Source: Octopus vulgaris (lineage: Eukaryota). From it: DNA of 64,000 nucleotides. Made by a program: the position numbers and the translations under genes. The notes under the pieces were generated by a model. It saw only the letters and a program-made list of their open reading frames with translations. It searched no databases and was not told the origin of the DNA. Each line of letters begins with the position of its first letter. The stretch's first letter is position 1. The stretch spans positions 43,586,001 through 43,650,000 of the forward strand of contig OX597827.1 in assembly GCA_951406725.2 (NCBI GenBank). The letters are read 5' to 3'. This document shows positions 11,604 through 26,670 of the stretch, in pieces.

Positions 11604-11984
11604 CTAGCAGTATCGCCCGGCGTTGCTCGGGTTTGTAAGGGAAATAACTATAAAGCATTTTTAGAGAGTTATAGCCAAAAAATAGCAAAAAAATGGGAAA
11701 AAAATGATGGTAAATTTTTTTTGAGAGTTAAAAAGGTTGAGTTGCGCCCCTAGACAGTCTGTGGTTTGTGTTTCTGATTCTCGACCCCATGTCGAATTTA
11801 TCGATTTTTTTCAGAACTGGGGGAAGTTTTCAAAATTTTCGCTGCGTTAGTTTTGAATTATGACATTGGGCTATGTGTGTGTCAAGTTTCATCAGAATCG
11901 GTTGAAAGCCGTGGTCAGGGTGAGGGTACAACGTAACAGACACACAGACACGCAGACAGACAAACTGCCGTTTATATAGAGAGA
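11604..11984 (-). mobile_element. Non-autonomous Helitron
   Basis: Minus strand begins TC.. and ends CCCGAGCAACGCCGGG hairpin + CTAG|T; 3' end shared with 21723 and 35654 copies. Confidence 0.75.
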
Positions 11985-12396
11985 TATATATATATAAATG
12001 CATGTATGTGTGTGTGTGTGTATAATATGCATGCATATATTTATGTGTATGTGTGTAATAATGAAAGCTGTTTGAGTTGTGCGTAGGAGGACGTTAGACG
12101 ACTACTCCAGACAAACATCCTTTGCTAAGAAGTGTTTATTGCTGTATAATTAGCATGTAAATCACGTTTCTTTATTCACTTGTGAGGTAAATACACCCAG
12201 CCAAGGATATATCATATCGTATGTTTTAAATAGTTGTCTATATATTTTTCTCACCTTCGCTAGTCTCTTTCCCTCTCTCTGTCTCTCTCTATCTGTCTGT
12301 CTCTTTTTTACCATCTCTTTCTATCTCTACTCCTTCTTTCTCTCGGTCTTTTCTATAATGTAATGTCTTTTGTCAATATTTCTGTCCATTATTCTA

Positions 12397-12399
<3 letters not shown>

Positions 12400-12474
<75 letters not shown>

Positions 12475-12560
12475 AAGCTACCTACCTACCTACCTACCTA
12501 CCTACCTACCTATCTGTTTGTGTACCTATCTATGTATCTATATATCTGTCTGTCTGTTTG

Positions 12561-12615
<55 letters not shown>

Positions 12616-12704
12616 GTCTGTCTATCTATCTATCTGTCTGTCTATCTATCTGTCTGTCTGTTTGTCCCCTCTGTGTTCAGCCCTGTGTGGCTAATAAAGA
12701 AACG

Positions 12705-12747
<43 letters not shown>

Positions 12748-12756
12748 ATATCTATA

Positions 12757-12800
<44 letters not shown>

Positions 12801-12875
12801 CATTTACCAATCGATTTTTGTATCTGTCTGTCTGTCTATCATTCTGTCCGGGTGTCTGTATGTCTGTCTGTCTAT
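12400..12875. repeat. Compound (TATC)n/(TACC)n/(TGTC)n microsatellite
   Basis: Directly visible; similar tract continues at 13140-13470. Confidence 0.95.
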
Positions 12876-13187
12876 AACACACTGTGCTATGAAAATTGCT
12901 GATTGACGTACGCATAGTTGTCATGGTAACTGATCGCGGGTTCCATTTCATTCATTCTATTTCACCTAGAGTGATATTAATTTTATATTAATATTTCATA
13001 TTCTACAAATTTTTACTAACAGATGGAGTGCATATGTATGTGCGTGCGTGCGGGCGTGTACATGTGTGCGCGTGCGTGCGTGCGTGAGTGTGATTGCGAA
13101 CGTGCGTACTGGAACTGTTAAATCTACGGCTGTCTGCCTGTCCATCCGTCTATTCATGCCTCTCTATATATCTTTCTAGTCTCTCTC

Positions 13188-13229
<42 letters not shown>

Positions 13230-13231
13230 CA

Positions 13232-13262
<31 letters not shown>

Positions 13263-13349
13263 GTCTTTTTCTGTATCTCTGAGTGACTCTATCTATTTGA
13301 CTGTGTATCTGTCTGTCTGTCTGTAGCTATCTCTCTCTCTACTTGTCTG

Positions 13350-13401
<52 letters not shown>

Positions 13402-13486
13402 CGTTTGTCTATATATATATATATATATATATATCTGTCTGTCTATCTATCCACCTATCTATCTATCATCCATTTTATGTGTAAGA

Positions 13487-13910
13487 TGACCGGTTGGCAA
13501 AATTGAAGGAATGTCGGAAAAAATTACCGAACAAAAGTCTTAACTGCTCCTCGCCCGTCTTTACGTTCTGAATTCAAACCCCGCCGAAGTCAAATTCATG
13601 CATCGAGCACTGAGGGCGATGCAAACGACTTACACCCTCCATCGCAATCGCTGACTTTGCGCCAAAATTTGAAGCCAGTGTTTCGAGTGACGAAGGCAAT
13701 GAGCTGGTAGAATCATCTGCACGCCCGACAAAATGCTCAGCGGCTTTTCGTCCGTCCTTACGTTTTGTGTTCAAATTCCGTTGGGGTTCACTTCGGCTTT
13801 TTATTCTTTCAGGGTCGATGCAACAAGTACCAATTGAGTACTGGGATCGATGTACTCGACCTAACCCCTCCCTCAAAATTGATGGACTTGTGCCAAAATT
13901 TGAAACCAAA
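13487..13910 (+). mobile_element. Two degenerate tandem SINE family B copies
   Basis: GAGCTGGTAGAATC...GTTCAAATTCCG...GGGTCGAT...GTGCCAAAATTTGAAACC motifs occur twice. Confidence 0.6.
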
Positions 13911-14254
13911 TTTTTGGAATGACGCCATGTTAATTCTCTTGCATCGGTTGGGACACAACACCTAAGGTTTTAGTTTTTTCATTTTCTTTCCATTTTTTCC
14001 CCCTGATATTTATATTTTATTTTTATTTTATTTTATAATATATAGTTTTGTCTTTCTTGAATATATAGGTTGTTCTTGTTTTGTGTCAGGGTTGTCAAGA
14101 TAATATGTCATTTGGATATTATTTTTAATCCATTATCATTTTTTTTTACTTTCTTTTTTATCTTCTACCTTTCTAATAAACGTAGAAAAGGAAATATTTC
14201 GCTCTTAATTCTCTGTTATTATCTCTATGAAACGTATAATTACTGCCAAAACAG

Positions 14255-15190
<936 letters not shown>

Positions 15191-15675
15191 GGGGCAGAGT
15201 CGGAGACTAACAAAATCCTCTGGGATTTCCCAATCCAAAGAATTCAAGTGCTAGAGATTGATAGACCGGACATAGTGATGGTCGGCAAGGTGCACCACAT
15301 ATGCTTATATAATTGATGTTGCGTGCACCTTTGACCCACGGATAGCCAAAAGGGAAGGCGGAAAGATAGATAGATAGATACAACCCTCTTAAGTACGAAA
15401 TAGCCCGGCTTTGGAAAATGAAGGTAAAGATAGTGCCAATTATTGTTAGATCATTGGGAACAGTATCAGAAGGTATTAAGAGGAATATAAAGGAAATTGG
15501 AATAGAGTGACCAGTAGAACTGTTACAAAAGGTTTGCCACCTTGGCACGGCCAGAATAATCAGGAAAGTATGAGGTAGTTGAAAAGAATGAATAGCATGG
15601 TACCGTAAGCTGCAGGTAGCAAACCCGCTACTTATGCAAGACTCCAGGAGCGCCAACAAAACCTGTGATAAAGAG
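15191..15675 (+). mobile_element. R4/Dong-type non-LTR retrotransposon 3' fragment (restriction-like endonuclease), pseudogenised
   Basis: KILWDFPIQ..RPDIVMV.K...IDVACTFD..YNPLKYEIARLWKMKVKIVPIIV.SLGTV...LLQKVCHLGTARIIRKV with frameshifts and stops; flanked by (TGA)n/(TAA)n. Confidence 0.85.
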
Positions 15676-15699
15676 ATGATGATGATGATGATAATGATG

Positions 15700-15770
<71 letters not shown>

Positions 15771-15794
15771 TAGAAGAAAAAGAAGAAGAAGAAA

Positions 15795-15857
<63 letters not shown>

Positions 15858-16727
15858 GGATGGTGATGATGATGACGACGACGACGACAGTAATAATTAC
15901 AATGGTAATAATTTCTTCAGTGACTGCAAGGATCGCATAGTACACAAAGGACGGTGGAGATTTACATATACACGTGTAATATGTCTAGTTCTGATCATAT
16001 GTTCGAGAATATTACCCGGACCCCTCTCCGTCGCAGACAGAATGGCATCAGTGTAAAATCCTCAGCTCTACGTTGGAGTGTGAGTCGCTTCCGAGCTGCG
16101 AATTCAGAGTGAAAAATAACGTTCAAATACCCAAATTGGCTGACGTTGGCAAACAATATTTATGTCTTCCCGGATACTTTGTAAGCAGAATTCAACTTGG
16201 TCTGAAGGTATCCGTTCTAATTTAATTTGGTCTGAAGGTATCCATTCTTTTTTCAAAGGTATGAATCTGTATAAAATGACATTCTGTGCTGTTTGCGATA
16301 AAAGATGTTACTCTATATTAAGTTTAACCCTATTTTGTTCTCGCCTGCTATTGTGTTGTTCTGTCTTTTCCGGGTGTCTATATTTTTGGTCGATGGGAAT
16401 AAAAAAGTAAAAAGATTTTTAAAACGTTTTTGCTGTGCTTTCACCTTCAAACATTTCTTACTTTTCTCTCTTCCTCGCCAGCTGCCCGGCAAAAACGAAG
16501 CCGTCTTGAAAATGTTTTCTTTTTCTTAGAAAAATTTTCACATTTTCCTCAGAATGTTAACACATATGGCAAGCAATGAAAACGGTTGACCAGTCCCTTA
16601 AAATTCTGGTCATCGTGATAACAAAGTGGGACAAGAAAATCAACAAAAACACACATATAAAATGTAAAACAAGACTCGAACTCACACAAATTCCATACTA
16701 CAATAAAAATAACAAAAATGATTCTTT

Positions 16728-16945
16728 AACTCTTATTTTTACTTGTTTCAGTCATTTGACTGCGGTCATGCTGGAGCACCGCCTTTAGTCAAACAAATCG
16801 ACCCTGGGACTTATTCTTTGTAAGCCTAGTACTTATGTTATCGATCACTTTTGCCGAACCGCTAAGTTACACTTCAACACTTCAACATAAACACTTCCAC
16901 ATCAGTTGTCAAGTGACAGTGGGGGACACAAACACAGACATACAA
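16728..16945 (-). mobile_element. SINE family A, 3' half
   Basis: TTACTTGTTTCAGTCATTTGACTGCGGTCATGCTGGAGCACCGCC... Confidence 0.85.
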
Positions 16946-17144
16946 ATACGCACACACAGACAGACATACGCACGCAGACAGAAACACACATCCCTGAACG
17001 ATAAAAAGCAAACTTGACTCTCGGGAGTATTCGAACTTCGGTTTTAAAGTGACACAGCGTTGTGAAAACATTTATGTTCGACAAAAACAACAAAGAAAGC
17101 AAACAGGCTGCGTGCGTGGCAACTGCAACTGGGGGTGTAATGAC

Positions 17145-17315
17145 ATAGTGGTTTGGGCAGTGGACTCTCGGTCGTAAGAACGCGGTTTCGATTCCCAGAC
17201 CGAGCGTCCCGAGTGTTTATTGAGCAAAAACACCTAAGCTCGACGAGGCTCCGACTGGAGGGTGGGCTGAACTCTGCTGTACTCTTTCACCACAACTTTC
17301 TCTCACTCTTTCTTA
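17145..17315 (+). mobile_element. SINE family C, 5' part
   Basis: AGTGGTTTGGGCAGTGGACTC...GGTTTCGATTCCCAGACCG...CTGTACTCTTTCACCACAAC. Confidence 0.8.
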
Positions 17316-18214
17316 CTACTTCTTCCACAAAGCAGAGGAACCATGGTGTAACCCACTATGGAGTGGTAAACTTTCAGACCCTAGTCTAGATTGCGAATCC
17401 TCTGTACCCCAGGATGGTTCAGCTCTCCACCCATTAAAATCCACCGTTTACGGAATGAGGATAACAACGTAGCTTTCGCGCCCGTACAACCGCCAGTCTA
17501 TCACATGTGGTGGGTGGATCTTCAAGATGCCACACGCATTCTTAGTAGCTTAGAGTAGGCTCGAATTAGAGATTATACTTTGTGGCTAATGGCATGAGTC
17601 CTGATTGGAAAAAGAAGAAGAAAAGCAACATCAACAACAAAGGTGAACGTGAAGTAAATTTAACAACCGTAACACCACCGCCACAAGCTTTACGATTAAA
17701 GCGGCTGAATAACAGAGGACCATACCACAATATCACAATCACCACAGCCTCCACGGCGGTAGGTGGCAACATTACATTTGCCATTTCTGCTAATTTACAG
17801 CATTTTATTGGTTTATATATTACTTTACTCTGTTACTCTCCTGTCTTACAGACTACTGACTATGACGAGATTTTTCCCTCCATGTTTTACTTATTTTGTT
17901 TTGCGATTTCCGGTTGGATTTTATCATCTTTTTTTCATGTTTTACTTTCATGTTCTGTTGGGGTTTTTTTTTTCCTACCTTTTGTGCTGCTGTATTCTTA
18001 TCTAATCCTTCTTCCGTGGTGTAATTAGTGTCAAGTTTGTACTTTATTGCTTCCTTTTAAAAAGATTGTTTTCATGATGTCATATTATACTAATCACTCA
18101 GACGTTTGATTGCTTCTACTTTCACTTTCACACCAGTTCTGATTACTTCAGAATAATTTTCTATTCGCATCAATTCCCCTTCACTCTTCAACCGTCAGAA
18201 TTTAACAGACACAT

Positions 18215-18216
18215 AC

Positions 18217-18285
<69 letters not shown>

Positions 18286-18307
18286 TACATACATACATAC
18301 ATACATA

Positions 18308-18349
<42 letters not shown>

Positions 18350-18469
18350 GTGTGTGTGTCTATTAGCTCTAGGGTGGTGTATTCCGAATGTAGTCAGTAA
18401 TTTTCCGAACTGCGTTTTTTAGATCCCTAAATATCTATTCATCGTGCTGAAGCTGCATTTTATGTCTTG

Positions 18470-18562
<93 letters not shown>

Positions 18563-18595
18563 TGTGTGTGTGCTTGTGTGTGTGTGTGTGTGTTT
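18215..18595. repeat. (CA)n, (TACA)n, (TA)n and (TG)n microsatellites
   Basis: Directly visible. Confidence 0.9.
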
Positions 18596-19129
18596 TGTGT
18601 ATACATATATATACATACACTTATATATAAACTTATCTAGTAGACATTACAAACATTTCAGGCATACTAATTTCTCCACAGATTGAAAAAGAAATAGAAA
18701 TAAACAGCCTTAGTCGATTTTCTACTTTTATCAAGGTTTCCTCAGAAGCGTCTATTTCACTTCACCGGTTCCAGTGAAACAAGTAACCAATCCGTTTATG
18801 TTCTCATCAAGTCTAGTTACTTCAGAGTTGTGCGAATGTTTGTATGTGTATGTGTGTGTGAACTTTTAAACCAATTGTCGGATGTATATTCAACAAGTTT
18901 GCAATGCGGAGAACCATTGGCAACGGGGTATATATGAAAACCTGGCTGTATGAATGTATTTGCATGAAGTCAGGGCGTTTTGTTGCTGTGTATTCGGAAT
19001 AATGGCCAGACAAAGCTATTATCTAAACTTTACGACCGAGAGTAGGCATCTGTAAATTTTGGTTACGTACGACTATAATAATTCGAAAAGAGGGTCTGGA
19101 GAATATGATTATTGTTTTTCTATCCCTCA

Positions 19130-19800
19130 ATCCATCCATTAATCTATCAATCCATCCATTAATCCGTCCATCTATCCATTTTCTCCTCCCATGAATAGTG
19201 ATTCATGGGATAGTGGAGGCGCAATGGCCCAGTGATTAGGGCAGCGGACTCGCGGTCATAGGATCGCGGTTTCGATTCCCAGACCGGGCGTTGTGAGTGT
19301 TTATTGAGCGAAAATACCTAAAAGCTCCTCGATTCTCCAGCAGGGGATGGTGGTGATCCCTGCTGTACTCTTTCACCACAACTTTCTCTCACTCTTACTT
19401 CCTGTTTCTGTTGTACCTGTATTTCAAGGGGCCGGCCTTGTCACTCTCTGTGTCACACTGAATATCCCCGAGAACTACGTTAAGGGTACACGTGTCTGTG
19501 GAGTGCTCAGCCACTTACACGTTAATTTCACGAGCAGGCTGTTCCATTGATTCGGATCAACCGGAACCCTCGTCGTCGAAACCGACGGAGTGCTTCCATC
19601 CATTCATGGGATGGTCTTGGTGTGGAGTTCTCAAACACCTCCTCCATAAGGTCCTGCCGGAAGCAACCGACATAACACTTTTCAGCTGGATTACCAACCA
19701 TGCCCAACTGATTCTGCGGACATTACCCAACCTTCCTAATCATGGTCTGATCCTAGGTTCCTGCCGGTAGTGATTCTCTTCTACGACTTTCTAATCACGT
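19130..19800 (-). mobile_element. RTE (Rex3/Expander-like) LINE 3' fragment split by a SINE
   Basis: Minus: NVRRISWAWLVIQLKSVMSVASGRTLWRRCL resembles Rex3/Expander C-terminus; 3' hairpin 19187-19210 and (GGAT)n-like tail 19130-19180. Confidence 0.6.
19215..19601 (+). mobile_element. SINE family C, full length with target-site duplication
   Basis: tRNA-like head; TSD ATTCATGGGAT(A/G)GT at 19201-19214 and 19602-19615. Confidence 0.9.
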
Positions 19801-21722
19801 CTTTAGTACTAGAGTTGTAATCTCTCAATGCAGAGAAATAACAGCTCGACCTGAAAAGACTCCTACATCCCTGAGCTGCGCATCCTATCGAGTAGCGTTA
19901 CCCCAGAGATCTTCAGCTGCTTATATTCCCAGTCGTACTCTTTCGATAATTACCCAACATTCAAGACCATAGTTGAGGAAAAGCACGAAAACCGAATTAA
20001 AAACGAGTTTTTCTTTCTTTTTTATGACACTCTTCTTTTCTGAAGATCGAATGCTCATCTTTCGGAGTAAAAATAGATATGAGAAAACTTTTCTTTTGAG
20101 ATTATGTTTCCAGCATCTGCTTAGAATATACTAGAGATATTTATACGCACATTAAGGATGTTTTTGAAAATTGGTTTTCAACTTGGCAAGAGTTTATTCT
20201 GATTCTGCAAGACGCTGGCGACAAATAAGAGAGACACTCGGCATAAGAATATGTGTCGTTCTTTTGATCCTATACCAAATATATAACAAAGGATTCATAA
20301 TCATTCATCTTTCTTTCTTCACATACTTTTTCCCCGTTGTGGGCTTTTAAAAATATTATTGAGGTTAGATTTATCCGTCAGACGAAGCTATTTTCCAGCA
20401 TTTATATATTTGTTTATATATATGAACATAGATTAAATGACATTGATTCAAAATGACGTTGTTTAGCAACTGACTGCAATAACAATGCTTTCTGGTTCAC
20501 TTTCTACGTCACATTGCTTTTGACATGTTGAACTTGAAAAGAACAAAAAAAAAAAAAAAATAGAAAGAAAAATCGACCGCAATTTTCTACTCGAACAGTT
20601 TGTTATGAGGTATATCGCTGGAAAAATATATATAAAAAACACTACAAGAAAAATAAATACGCTGTGAATTCAAAATTCAATGAAACGCTTCCGTTTTGCT
20701 TCATTGAGTATGAATAGAAATCCATGCATTTTTGAGACAGCATCAAAATATTTTTAGCACAGAAAAGACAAAAAAAGAAAAATAATGTTTTTAGTGAAAT
20801 CTTGGACAGTTATTTTTAAATTTAAGAATTAATATTTTCAGTACATTATCAGATAATACATATTACTGTTTATTAGACAAAAGTATATCTCTGGCCGAGA
20901 GGTAAAGTCCATGCATGTTTATTACTAACATCGTTGATTGGCTGGTTGGTTGGTTGGTGGTTGGTTGGTCTTGTCTGGAGACAAGATCCGTGAATATTTT
21001 TACCGATGATGTCGGTTCAAAACGTTTAAAAACTTCACAATTTTTAGCCAATCGAACGATCATTTGAACACATATTTTTACTGAAATATCTTAGTAGACA
21101 AAATATATAAAATATTCATAATTGATCAATCTGCAGAGTAGAGTCACTAGAAAATTTCGATTTTTTGCTCTAAATAACCCAAAGTAGGTTAGTTCTTACT
21201 ATCGACTAAAATAGGCCAAATTTTGAAAGAAGGAGAAAAAATTTCATTGAACTTGAAAAAACATCGAAAGTAATTTTCTTCATGGACTCATTTTGTTTAG
21301 TAAAAATGAACATTAAATCAGAAAACACACTTCTTTGAAATAGAGAGAAAATTATTGACTTGCCATATTTTCTTCCGTCTAGTGCGGCTGAAATACATAT
21401 AACGTTTAATTATTTAAAATAGAGCGTTGAAATTTAAATGAATATTAATGGAAGCGAACAAAATAGACTTATTTCATGATTTTTGCTAACATATCATATT
21501 TTATATATAACAATGTCCCATCAGTTTAACGGGAAAGGGTGGTGAATTGAAATATGTTAGAGAGTCGGACAAAAAGATCCCCGATGTAGATGTTTAAGTG
21601 CAGCCAATTTAATTTTGCGCTTATGTACAAATTTTTTTGCTTCCTTTCGAAAAAAGCCATCGCAGCTTCAGGTATAATTATACAGGCTGTCTTAGTCGTG
21701 CTATTTCTAAAGTTATGTTATA

Positions 21723-22232
21723 CTAGCAGTATCGCCCGGCGTTGCTCGGGTTTGTAAGGGAAATAACTATATAAGCATTTTTAGAGTTACTTCCCTTATA
21801 GATGCCAATTCGGGCTTTCTTAGCCATTTCTGTTTTGGTGTCTTCAAGCCATGAAGTCGTTGTTCTAAAAGAACGCTGGTCTCCTTGACAACGCTTTACG
21901 ACGTTGATTTCCTTACACTCCCTTCCCCACAGCTTCACGAGGGAGGGAAGAAGGGGGAGAAGCAAACAGGTGCAGGTGTGACCATGGATGCCAACTCCGC
22001 CGCCATCGACACACGAAAAATTATGCATTAAAATGGAATAAAAAATGATGTTAAATTATTTCTAAAATCGTAGACTCATCGTAGAACGCGCTAATACTCA
22101 GACAGGCTCGATATGAATCACGACTATAAGATACCCAAATTTGGTTAAACTGCACCGCAAAATGTGGGTGTAGTTAGGAATCTAAATCGAAGGGGACAGA
22201 CACTCACACAACTACAGTTTTATATATATAGA
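21723..22232 (-). mobile_element. Non-autonomous Helitron
   Basis: A|TCTATATATA...hairpin-CTAG|T on minus strand; near-identical to 35654-36166. Confidence 0.85.
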
Positions 22233-22445
22233 TGTTATACACGTGCTCTCTCGTGTTGGGTTGGGTAGCGGTTTCCGCTCTTACACATGACAATGACCAA
22301 ACCTCAAGCAGTAATAATGGAAAATCGCAGTTATCGGTTTGCTTTGAATTACTTTGGTATCTTGCACTTTGGTAACTCAGAGTTCTCTCTCTCTCTGTCT
22401 GTCTCTTCCTACACATATATACCCCCAAACACATCCATGTAAATG

Positions 22446-22499
<54 letters not shown>

Positions 22500-23629
22500 C
22501 CATTTTGCCTTTCGAAATTTGGGTTTGATAAAATAAAATACCAGTTGAACACTGGGGTCGATGTAAACGAGCAACCCCTCTTCCCCCCCCCCCCCCAAAA
22601 AAGTGCAAGCTTTAGAAAGAATTATAAACATACACATATACAGTCCGCATATATATACATATGCATATACATACATGTGTATATATATATATACGCACAC
22701 ATATATATACGTACATACGTACATACATACATGCATACATAGATACACATAAAAACAATGCATACATACATACATACATACATACATACATACATACATA
22801 CATACATACATACATACATACATACATACATACACATGCAGGCTTGGAATATATTTGCTGAAGCGAAATGGCGAAAACAATGACAAAGATAAGGATGGCG
22901 ATGAGAAGAAGGAAGAGGAAAATGGTTTCGGAGGCGATGGTGGTGGTAGTGGATACGGCGGTTGTGGTGATGATGGTGGTGGTGGTGGTGGTGGTCGTCG
23001 TCGTGATGGTAATGATAATGACGTCTAACAACAGCAACAACAACAACAACAATAGTAAACTTCTGTTTGCTTCCAAAAGTGTCCTGGGGGTCAACAGATG
23101 ATTTCTTTATTTCGTTCAATTTTTTTTTCTTTTTCTTCTCTATTTTTCTTTTCTTTTGCCCTTTTCTTCCATATTCCTCAATTTTTCTCTCTCCAATTGA
23201 TTCTACCAGAATTATCACCTACATAGAGGAATTGCAATCATCTCAAAGAGCACTCTATTGATTTTTCCCTTTGTTTTCTCACTTGTAGCAGCAGCAGCAG
23301 CAGTAGTAGTAGTCGTAGTCGTAGTAGTAGTAGTAGTAGTAGTAGTAGAATTTGTTGTTGTCGCTGTTAACTTTTGCTGTATTTACTGTCAGTCCTTCTG
23401 TCTCCTCTTCTTCAAACAGAACTGGAAAGATAAAAGTGAAAAAAAAACCCAAAAAAAACAGAAAAAAGATTTTGGCCAAGTCGAAGATTTTTCCTCCTTC
23501 ATATTCTTCTTGTTCATCACAGTTTCTTTCCAAAAGAACTTTTCTCTAAAATCAGAAGAATCAGTTAGAACGAAAATTATTGATTTTTCTGTCCTGTCTG
23601 CAGTATGCATGCATATTTTTTTCTTTGTA

Positions 23630-24191
<562 letters not shown>

Positions 24192-24414
24192 GAGAACTTT
24201 ATCTGTGATCTTCAGTGAAAACTGTGAATAGATAACAACAGTAGCGAAGCCAATTTTTCTCATACATACCATGTGAAAGTGTATTGGACACTCGAGTACA
24301 TTTCCACGTTAAACTATGAACGTTAAGCTATAAAACATATGTGGCTTTCTATCTCCTCCTGAACGCGTCTTGGTCTTTTCCCTCTCCCTCACTATCTCTC
24401 ACCATGTACATGTT

Positions 24415-25357
24415 CTTTTCTACTGTAGGCACAAAATCCGAAAGTGTTAGGGAGGAGGCCAGTCGATTAGATCGACCCCAGTACGCACCTGGTACTTAAT
24501 TTATCTACTCCGCACGGATGAAAGGCAAAGTCATCCTCGGCGGAATTTGAACTCAGAACATAAAGACAGACGAAATACCTATTTCTTTACTACCCACAAG
24601 GGGCTAAACATAGAGGGGACAAACAAGGACAGACATAGGTATTAAGTCGATTACATCGACCCCAGTGCGTAACTGGTACTTAATTTATCGACCTCGAAAT
24701 GATGAAAGGCAAAGTCGACCTCGGCGGAATTTGAACTCACAACGTAACGGCAGACGAAATACGGCTACGCATTTCGCCCGGCGTGCTAACGTTTATTTCT
24801 TTATTGTCCACAAGGTGCTTCTACAACGGCGCTTAAGGTGGTTCGATTATGGGGCCTGGTGTCCAGAGGGTGAGCTGATTCGCGATGTCCTCCTCTCACC
24901 ACCACTTCCCAACTGGCGCAAAAGCACGGGCGGACAGCTGAAGACCTGGGCAACGACGATAAAGGAGGACCTCTCCGAACTCTCAGGTCCGCATGTGGTC
25001 GGTCTACGCAGATGAACCGCGAATGGCTCGCTATCTCCAGTAACCTTGCACAGGACCGTCGAGTGTGAGCCGCCATGGTTCAGGACCAGAGAAGAAGCCG
25101 ACTCAACCCGCCCTGGGTGAACGCCGTCATAAGTACAAGTACAACTAAGTAAACATAGAGGGGATAAACAAGGACAGACAATGGGATTAAGTCGATTACA
25201 TCAACCCTAGTGTGTAACTGGTACTTAATCTATCGACCCCAAGAGGATGAAAGGCAAAGTTGACCTCGGCGGAATTTGAACTCAGAATGTAAAGACAGAC
25301 GAAATACCGCTAAGTATTTTGCCCGGCGTGCTAATGTTTCTGCCAGCTCGCTGCCTT
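24415..25357 (-). mobile_element. SINE family B (Meta/MESC-like central domain), multimeric, interrupted by RTE fragment
   Basis: Minus head GGCAGCGAGCTGGCAGAAAC...GAGTTCAAATTCCG; domain GCCTTTCATC...GGTCGATAAATTAAGTACCAG occurs three times. Confidence 0.85.
24815..25150 (+). mobile_element. RTE-clade LINE 3' fragment
   Basis: LQRRLRWF...WRKSTGGQLKTWATTIKEDL..GPHVVGLRR*NREW...AQDRR; tail (CAAGTA)n. Confidence 0.8.
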
Positions 25358-25387
25358 CTCACCACATACATGTGTGCGTTTGTGTTC

Positions 25388-25432
<45 letters not shown>

Positions 25433-25734
25433 TGTATATGATGTGTGTGTGATGTGTGTGTATGTTTGTTGAGTATATGTATGTGCGTGAGTTAAGATAC
25501 GTACACACCTCTACGAAGGTGTCGAAATCATGCTGATATCCAATACGCAACTAACAAGAGAATTTGCCCTTTGCGTTAAAGATTCTTGTTCTCCTGTTAA
25601 TATATCTGTCCGTTGCTATTGTCCAGTTGAATACATTTTATTTTCCAGTATAGTGGCGATTTCTAAGTTATTTCGTTCCTTGACTGCCTATGTTGTAGGT
25701 GTAAGATATATTTTTTTATTACAGGAGTATACTA

Positions 25735-25765
<31 letters not shown>

Positions 25766-25800
25766 GTTTGTATGTATGTATTTATATATGTATATAAATA

Positions 25801-25893
<93 letters not shown>

Positions 25894-25896
<3 letters not shown>

Positions 25897-26300
25897 GGGT
25901 TGGACAAAATAATGGAAACACCTGGCATCATAGAATCATAGAATCAATTTTGAAATATCTATAAAACCGTCAAAAGCTTGTTTATTTTTGTGTTTTTTGA
26001 TTTATTATTAGTGTTGCTTAATATGTTTTGCTAAACTTGCTGTTTCTTTTCAGTCGTCATCAGAAAAAGATAATTAAAACTCATTAAAATAACAGATCTA
26101 TCGGACATTCAAAGAGGTCAAATTGTTGGTGCTCGTATGGCAGGCACTAGCGTAACGAAAACAGCCGAAATATCTGGTGTATCAAGAAGTACTGTCTCGA
26201 AAATAATGATAGCCTTTGAGAAAGAGGGAAAAAACCTTCTCATGGAAACAAAACTCTGGAAGAAAATCAAAACTTTCAGATAGGAGCGTCTGACAATATT
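25894..26300 (+). mobile_element. Tc1-like transposon left end with N-terminal HTH remnant
   Basis: TA|CAGGGGTTGGACAAAATAATGGAAACACC TIR; from 26089 xTDLSDIQRGQIVGARMAGTSVTKTAEISGVSRSTVSKIM...NSGRKSKLSDR. Confidence 0.85.
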
Positions 26301-26620
26301 AAACAATATTAATAGCGTTCTGTCTATCGCTATACGAATCCATCATTTTTTGCTAAAATGTCGTATTGACGAGTCTCGTTTTTTCACTTTCCCGAAGAGA
26401 AGATTGCATTGTTTATACCTTTTATTCTTTTGAATAGTATCAGTGGAATTTTCGAAACATATGTAGAAAGTAAAAATACTTGTTTAAACCTACGTTAACT
26501 CCATTTTTTATTCATATATATATGTATGTATATAAGTATATATATACATGTATATATGTATATATATATATGTATGTATATATGTATATATACGTATATA
26601 TATATATACGTATATTCTAG

Positions 26621-26670
26621 CAAAAACTGTCTGATGAACGGCAACGAGAAACTCAGAGTAACAGATTTTG
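26621..26670 (+). ncRNA. Type I hammerhead ribozyme motif, short helix II
   Basis: ctgt CTGATGA a CG gcaa CG a GAAAC TCAGA GTA acag; first pair of helix II mismatched. Confidence 0.6.

Noticed and set aside
15980-16230. Moderately GC-rich stretch with short open frames and splice-like sites
   Set aside because: No recognisable homology and competing frames on both strands; cannot support an exon call.
19215-19290. Possible tRNA gene (also 2493, 41542, 168)
   Set aside because: A/B boxes are present but continue into shared SINE bodies, with a TSD in one case; no complete acceptor stem or terminator.
22622-23218. Lys-rich/His-rich 198-aa ORF
   Set aside because: Built from A-rich and (CAC/CAT)n low-complexity DNA and runs into (TATG)n; no recognisable family.
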